Assembly (NCBI GenBank): GCA_050697975.1
Contig: JBOHAW010000124.1
Coordinates: 1-43,815, forward strand
DNA: 43,815 bases
DNA from: Gaiellaceae bacterium
GTDB lineage: Bacteria; Actinomycetota; Thermoleophilia; Gaiellales; Gaiellaceae
Reading direction: 5' to 3'
Shown here: positions 40,791 to 43,815 of the stretch, piece after piece
Numbering within the stretch: position 1 is the first letter of the stretch
Layout: each line of letters starts with the position of its first letter
Notes under the pieces: model-generated
Told to the model about the DNA's origin: nothing
What the model saw: only the letters and a program-made list of their open reading frames with translations
The model's database searches: none
Made by a program: the position numbers and the translations under genes

Positions 40791-41088
40791 GCCGTAGAGG
40801 GGTCGAATGCTCTCCGTCCTTGTCCCGCCCTTGCGGTGGCCCGGTACTAGCCGCGCGCCGATGACCGGGATCGGCTTCGCGCGTCGGCTCGGACGGACGT
40901 CGTCCTGCTCGAGCCCGGCTGGGTGATCGAGGGCGTGGAGACGCCGGCGACGCTGGCGAAGGCGTTCGAGCGGGCCCTCGCCCTCCTCGCAGGCGGTCGG
41001 CAACCTCGACGCCTGGTCCTCGTATACATGGTCGTACCGGCGCCGGCCGTCTCCGTACGGCCGGGCGAGTCAACCGAAGGAGGTTCGT

Positions 41089-41427
41089 ATGCGACGCGCT
41101 CTCTTCCTGAGTGCGGTGGTCGTGCTCGCGCTCGGCACCGCGGGGGCCGCCCTCGCCACGAGCGGCACCGGCGCGGGCGGCGACTTCGTCGTCACAGTGT
41201 CGCTTGCTCCGGACACCGCCGCGACGGACGACGTCGTCACGGCGAGCGAGTCGATCACGAACGTGACCGCGTCCTGGCAGCTCGCGCGGATCACACAGAC
41301 GCTGACCGGGCCGGCCGGTGGCGTTCTACGGGTCTCGTATCCGCTGCTCGTCCCGCCCGGCAAGACCCTCGCGCTGAGCCTGCGCTACCGAGTCCCCGCC
41401 GCCGTCACCCTTGCGCGGGCACCCTAG
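41089..41427 (+). CDS. Hypothetical secreted protein
   Basis: Strong ribosome-binding site GAAGGAGG 7 nt upstream. Signal peptide MRRALFLSAVVVLALGTAGAALA. 112 aa, no family recognised. Confidence 0.7.
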   Translation: MRRALFLSAVVVLALGTAGAALATSGTGAGGDFVVTVSLAPDTAATDDVVTASESITNVTASWQLARITQTLTGPAGGVLRVSYPLLVPPGKTLALSLRYRVPAAVTLARAP

Positions 41428-41465
41428 AGAAACGCTCACTTCAGGGATCCTTCCCGGTTCGGCGT

Positions 41466-41705
41466 ATGCCGATCACCCGTCGGAGCGACCCTTTGGGCGC
41501 TCGTCCTCCACTGCGGCACATGAACATCGGCGACCTCGTTACCTATCAGGGCCGGCCCTGCTATCTGCGCGGGATCGAGCCCATGAGCGTGCCCGACCGG
41601 CGCGCCGTGCTCGAGGACGCCGACACCGGGCAGCGGTTCTCGGCGCCTCTCGCGGAGGTCGAGGAGGACGTTCCCTCGGGGGTTGACGGAGACCCCCTGA
41701 GCTAG
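41466..41705 (+). CDS. Hypothetical small protein (start uncertain: ATG 41466 or ATG 41520)
   Basis: High GC3 over MNIGDLVTYQGRPCYLRGIEPMSVPDRRAVLEDADTGQRFSAPLAEVEE. It is the only coding-looking part of the 260-aa ORF 40923-41705. Confidence 0.45.
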   Translation: MPITRRSDPLGARPPLRHMNIGDLVTYQGRPCYLRGIEPMSVPDRRAVLEDADTGQRFSAPLAEVEEDVPSGVDGDPLS

Positions 41706-41735
41706 AATGAGCCCAGGCCAACGCGCCGTGCCGTT

Positions 41736-42233
41736 ATGCAGGAAATGGTCATTTACGGGGTTAGCTTCGATTTGGTCGGCAAGCAGCCGATCGTCCTGCT
41801 GAAGACGGCCGACGGCAACAAGTTCCTGCCGATCTGGATCGGTCACCCCGAGGCCGCGGCGATTCTGATGAAGCTTCAGGGCGCGACCACGCCGCGGCCG
41901 ATGACCCACGACCTGTTCACCGACATCCTCGGCCAGCTGCAGGCGCAGGTGGTTCGCATCACGGTCACCGAGCTGCGCGAGAACACCTTCTACGCGCAGG
42001 TGACGGTGCAGCAGGACGGGTCGGAGGTCGACGTCGATTCGCGCCCCTCCGACGCGATCGCCCTCGCGATCCGGGTCGACGCGCCGATCTTCGCCGCCGA
42101 CGACGTGATCGAGGAGTCGGCGATCGAGTTCGAGGGCGGCGAGGTGAACGAGGAGGAGATGGTGGACGAGTTCAAGCGCTTCCTCGACAACGTCACGCCC
42201 GACGAGTTCGCGGTCGAGGAAGAGGAGAACTAG
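41736..42233 (+). CDS. Bifunctional nuclease (BFN/DUF151) family protein
   Basis: ..PIVLLKTADGNKFLPIWIGHPEAAAI..RPMTHDL..ENTFYAQV..DSRPSDAIALAIR..PIF. A TAGAAT box lies at 41703-41708. An alternative ATG at 41745 is preceded by AGGAA. Confidence 0.88.
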   Translation: MQEMVIYGVSFDLVGKQPIVLLKTADGNKFLPIWIGHPEAAAILMKLQGATTPRPMTHDLFTDILGQLQAQVVRITVTELRENTFYAQVTVQQDGSEVDVDSRPSDAIALAIRVDAPIFAADDVIEESAIEFEGGEVNEEEMVDEFKRFLDNVTPDEFAVEEEEN

Positions 42234-42241
42234 CCGGCGCC

Positions 42242-42535
42242 CTAGTCGGCACGATCTTCGCGGGCGACCTCGCGCTTCGTCAGGTCGAGCAGCTCGCCGA
42301 AGATCTCGCGCAGGCCCTCGTCGGAGAGCGGCCCGCGGTTCGCCCGGGCGAGGTACTGCACCATCCACTCCTCGCGGTCCGGGTCGACGAACTCGATCCC
42401 GCGCGACTCCTTGTACCGCTTCAGGCGCGCGACGAGCTTGAGGCGCGTGTTGATCGCCTCGACGATCGCCCGGTCGGTGTCGGAGATCTGCTCGCGCAGC
42501 TGGCGGATCAGCGGATCGGGTGCCGCGTCGCTCAG
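42242..42535 (-). CDS. Chorismate mutase (AroQ class)
   Basis: LIRQLREQISDTDRAIVEAINTRLKLVARLKRYK..VDPDREEWMVQYL... There is no canonical start before the domain. CTG 42535 overlaps the upstream stop (CTGA). Confidence 0.75.
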   Translation of the reverse strand: MSDAAPDPLIRQLREQISDTDRAIVEAINTRLKLVARLKRYKESRGIEFVDPDREEWMVQYLARANRGPLSDEGLREIFGELLDLTKREVAREDRAD

Positions 42536-42807
42536 CGCTCGACCTCGACCGGCTTGCCGCCGCGTGGGAGCGCGAGCAGGCGAAGCGGATACGTCACGCG
42601 CGGGCGGACGCGCTCGCCGGAGCCCGGTGAGCGCTCGGACACCGAGACGACGATTCGCCGCCGCCGCTCCGTCACGCCTCGCACCTCCAGAGCGTAGCCC
42701 GAGCTCGACCGCGGCCCGATCGCCACGAGCACCGCCCGCTCGCGGGTGAAGTCGACCGTCGGCGCGCCCGGCAGCACCTTCGCGAGCTCGGCGCGGCTCT
42801 CGATCAC
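42532..42807 (-). CDS. PrcB_C-like domain protein. These are minimal coordinates from GTG 42807; coding signal continues upstream to about 42950.
   Basis: ..FTRERAVLVAIGPRSSSGYALEVRGV..IVVSVSERSPG..TYPLRLLALP resembles PrcB C-terminal domains. An in-frame upstream stretch GRAAAVALVLALASAWLGY looks like a signal anchor but has no ATG/GTG/TTG. Confidence 0.55.
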   Translation of the reverse strand: MIESRAELAKVLPGAPTVDFTRERAVLVAIGPRSSSGYALEVRGVTERRRRIVVSVSERSPGSGERVRPRVTYPLRLLALPRGGKPVEVER

Positions 42808-42955
42808 CCTCGTCGCCGGCCGCGGAAAGCGCGCGCCCGCGGCGGTAGCCGTGAGGTCGCGCCACTCCAGGGGGCGCTCGCCGCCGTTCCCGTACAGGCG
42901 GTCGTAACCCAGCCAGGCCGACGCCAGTGCCAGGACGAGCGCGACCGCGGCGGCT

Positions 42956-43815
42956 CTACCAGTAGACGTAGACCGTCTGTCCGTAGGGATTCGCGGAGTA
43001 GAGGCTGGGCGCGATCCACATGGGCACCCGCACGCAGCCGTGGGAGGCCGGGTAGGCGGGGACGGACGGATAGCCGTGGATGGCGAAGCCGCGGAGGAAG
43101 TACATCGGATACCAGAGCACCCAGTCCCACCCCGCCACCTTGCGATACACCTGCCAGCGGCCGATCGGCGTGTTGCCCGTGGCGCCCGTGGAGACGTGGA
43201 CGGCGGCGGTCACTCGCCCGCTGCGGACGGCGAGGAGCACCTGCCGTCCCTTGCTCACTTCGAGATGGTCGCCCCCGTAGCGGGCTCGTGGCGGCCGCGC
43301 GCGGGCGAGCGCGTTCCAGAGACTAGCGTCCGCGCGCCCGGTCCACGGGAGGCCGTGCACCTTCTGGAAGGCGAGCACGGCCTGGTACGTGTCGAGGCCG
43401 TAGGCGCCGTCGACCGCGGGCAGGGCGTAGCGAAGCTCGGCGAGGCGCGCCTCGAGCGCACGCACGCTCGGACCCCTCGAGCCGAGCGAGAGCCGGGGCT
43501 GGACGACGGTGACGGCCAGAGTGCGGCTCGCGCCCGTGTAGCCCGCCGTCGGCTCGACGATGACGCGGATCCGGTACGAGGCGGCCCGGCGAGTCCGCAG
43601 TCCGAGCCGAACCGAGCTGCCGTGGGTCGCGGCGTGGGTCCGGCGGCCGCCGCGCCAGATGCGCACGGTCAGCCTGCCCGCGCCCGCCGGTCGCAGGCGC
43701 GCTGCGAGGCGCAGCGGCCGGCCGACCGCGCGTGAGCCGACGAGCCGCGTCTCGAGCACCGGACGGACGAGCACCGCCGCGTCGCCGGAGGCGACCTCGC
43801 CGAACCGAGCCGTGT
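42956..43815 (-). CDS. L,D-transpeptidase (PG-binding domain + YkuD catalytic domain); the 5' end probably lies outside the window
   Basis: PG_binding_1-like LEARLAELRY..DGAYGLDTYQAVLAFQK. YkuD motif FAIHGYP..ASHGCVRV. The frame stays open with high GC3 to the window edge. An internal GTG lies at 43774. Confidence 0.85.
   Translation of the reverse strand, partial: TARFGEVASGDAAVLVRPVLETRLVGSRAVGRPLRLAARLRPAGAGRLTVRIWRGGRRTHAATHGSSVRLGLRTRRAASYRIRVIVEPTAGYTGASRTLAVTVVQPRLSLGSRGPSVRALEARLAELRYALPAVDGAYGLDTYQAVLAFQKVHGLPWTGRADASLWNALARARPPRARYGGDHLEVSKGRQVLLAVRSGRVTAAVHVSTGATGNTPIGRWQVYRKVAGWDWVLWYPMYFLRGFAIHGYPSVPAYPASHGCVRVPMWIAPSLYSANPYGQTVYVYW

Overview
Very GC-rich, actinobacterial-type chromosome segment (the gene content resembles Thermoleophilia/Solirubrobacter-like genomes, but this taxonomy is inference only). 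It contains the replication-origin neighbourhood. rpmH-rnpA-yidD-yidC-jag-rsmG-parA-parB run on the + strand (35.9-40.4 kb), diverging from dnaA-dnaN-recF-DUF721(DciA-like)-gyrB-gyrA on the - strand (25.3-35.6 kb). DnaA boxes lie on both sides of dnaA. To the left is a long minus-strand array: secreted amidase, ECF sigma factor, fabZ-fabH-fabD, fabG-fabF, a tightly coupled HAD-GNAT-GNAT-arginase-fold module, accD-accA, a decayed nucleotidyltransferase relic, and ligD-nif3. Further left are an HD-GYP protein, ndh, an ABC-2 exporter, a TIGR00725 protein and an amidinotransferase-fold enzyme. Plus-strand islands are nfeD-SPFH-galT-like (21.9-24.9 kb) and, right of parB, tRNA-Ile, small hypothetical genes and a bifunctional nuclease. 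The right edge carries chorismate mutase, a PrcB-like gene and an L,D-transpeptidase on the - strand. I saw no rRNA, CRISPR array, transposase, integrase or recognisable defence island. Five observations stand out. (1) A 420-codon LAGLIDADG intein splits gyrA right after the catalytic Tyr. (2) At least three conserved genes (recF, galT-like, chorismate mutase) have no canonical start and appear to initiate at a CTG inside a CTGA stop-start overlap. (3) A TAnnnT -10 box recurs 6-10 nt upstream of start codons, which suggests leaderless mRNAs, and 4-nt overlap coupling is pervasive. (4) An ECF sigma gene is translationally coupled to fabZ with no anti-sigma gene next to it. (5) An atypical arginase-fold protein has an N-terminal zinc ribbon and a GGCCCAH motif in place of the usual GGDHS-type metal-ligand motif. 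I did not find a clear-cut novel multi-gene system, so these candidates are hypotheses. Most long ORFs in the supplied track are antisense or off-frame artefacts of the high GC content.
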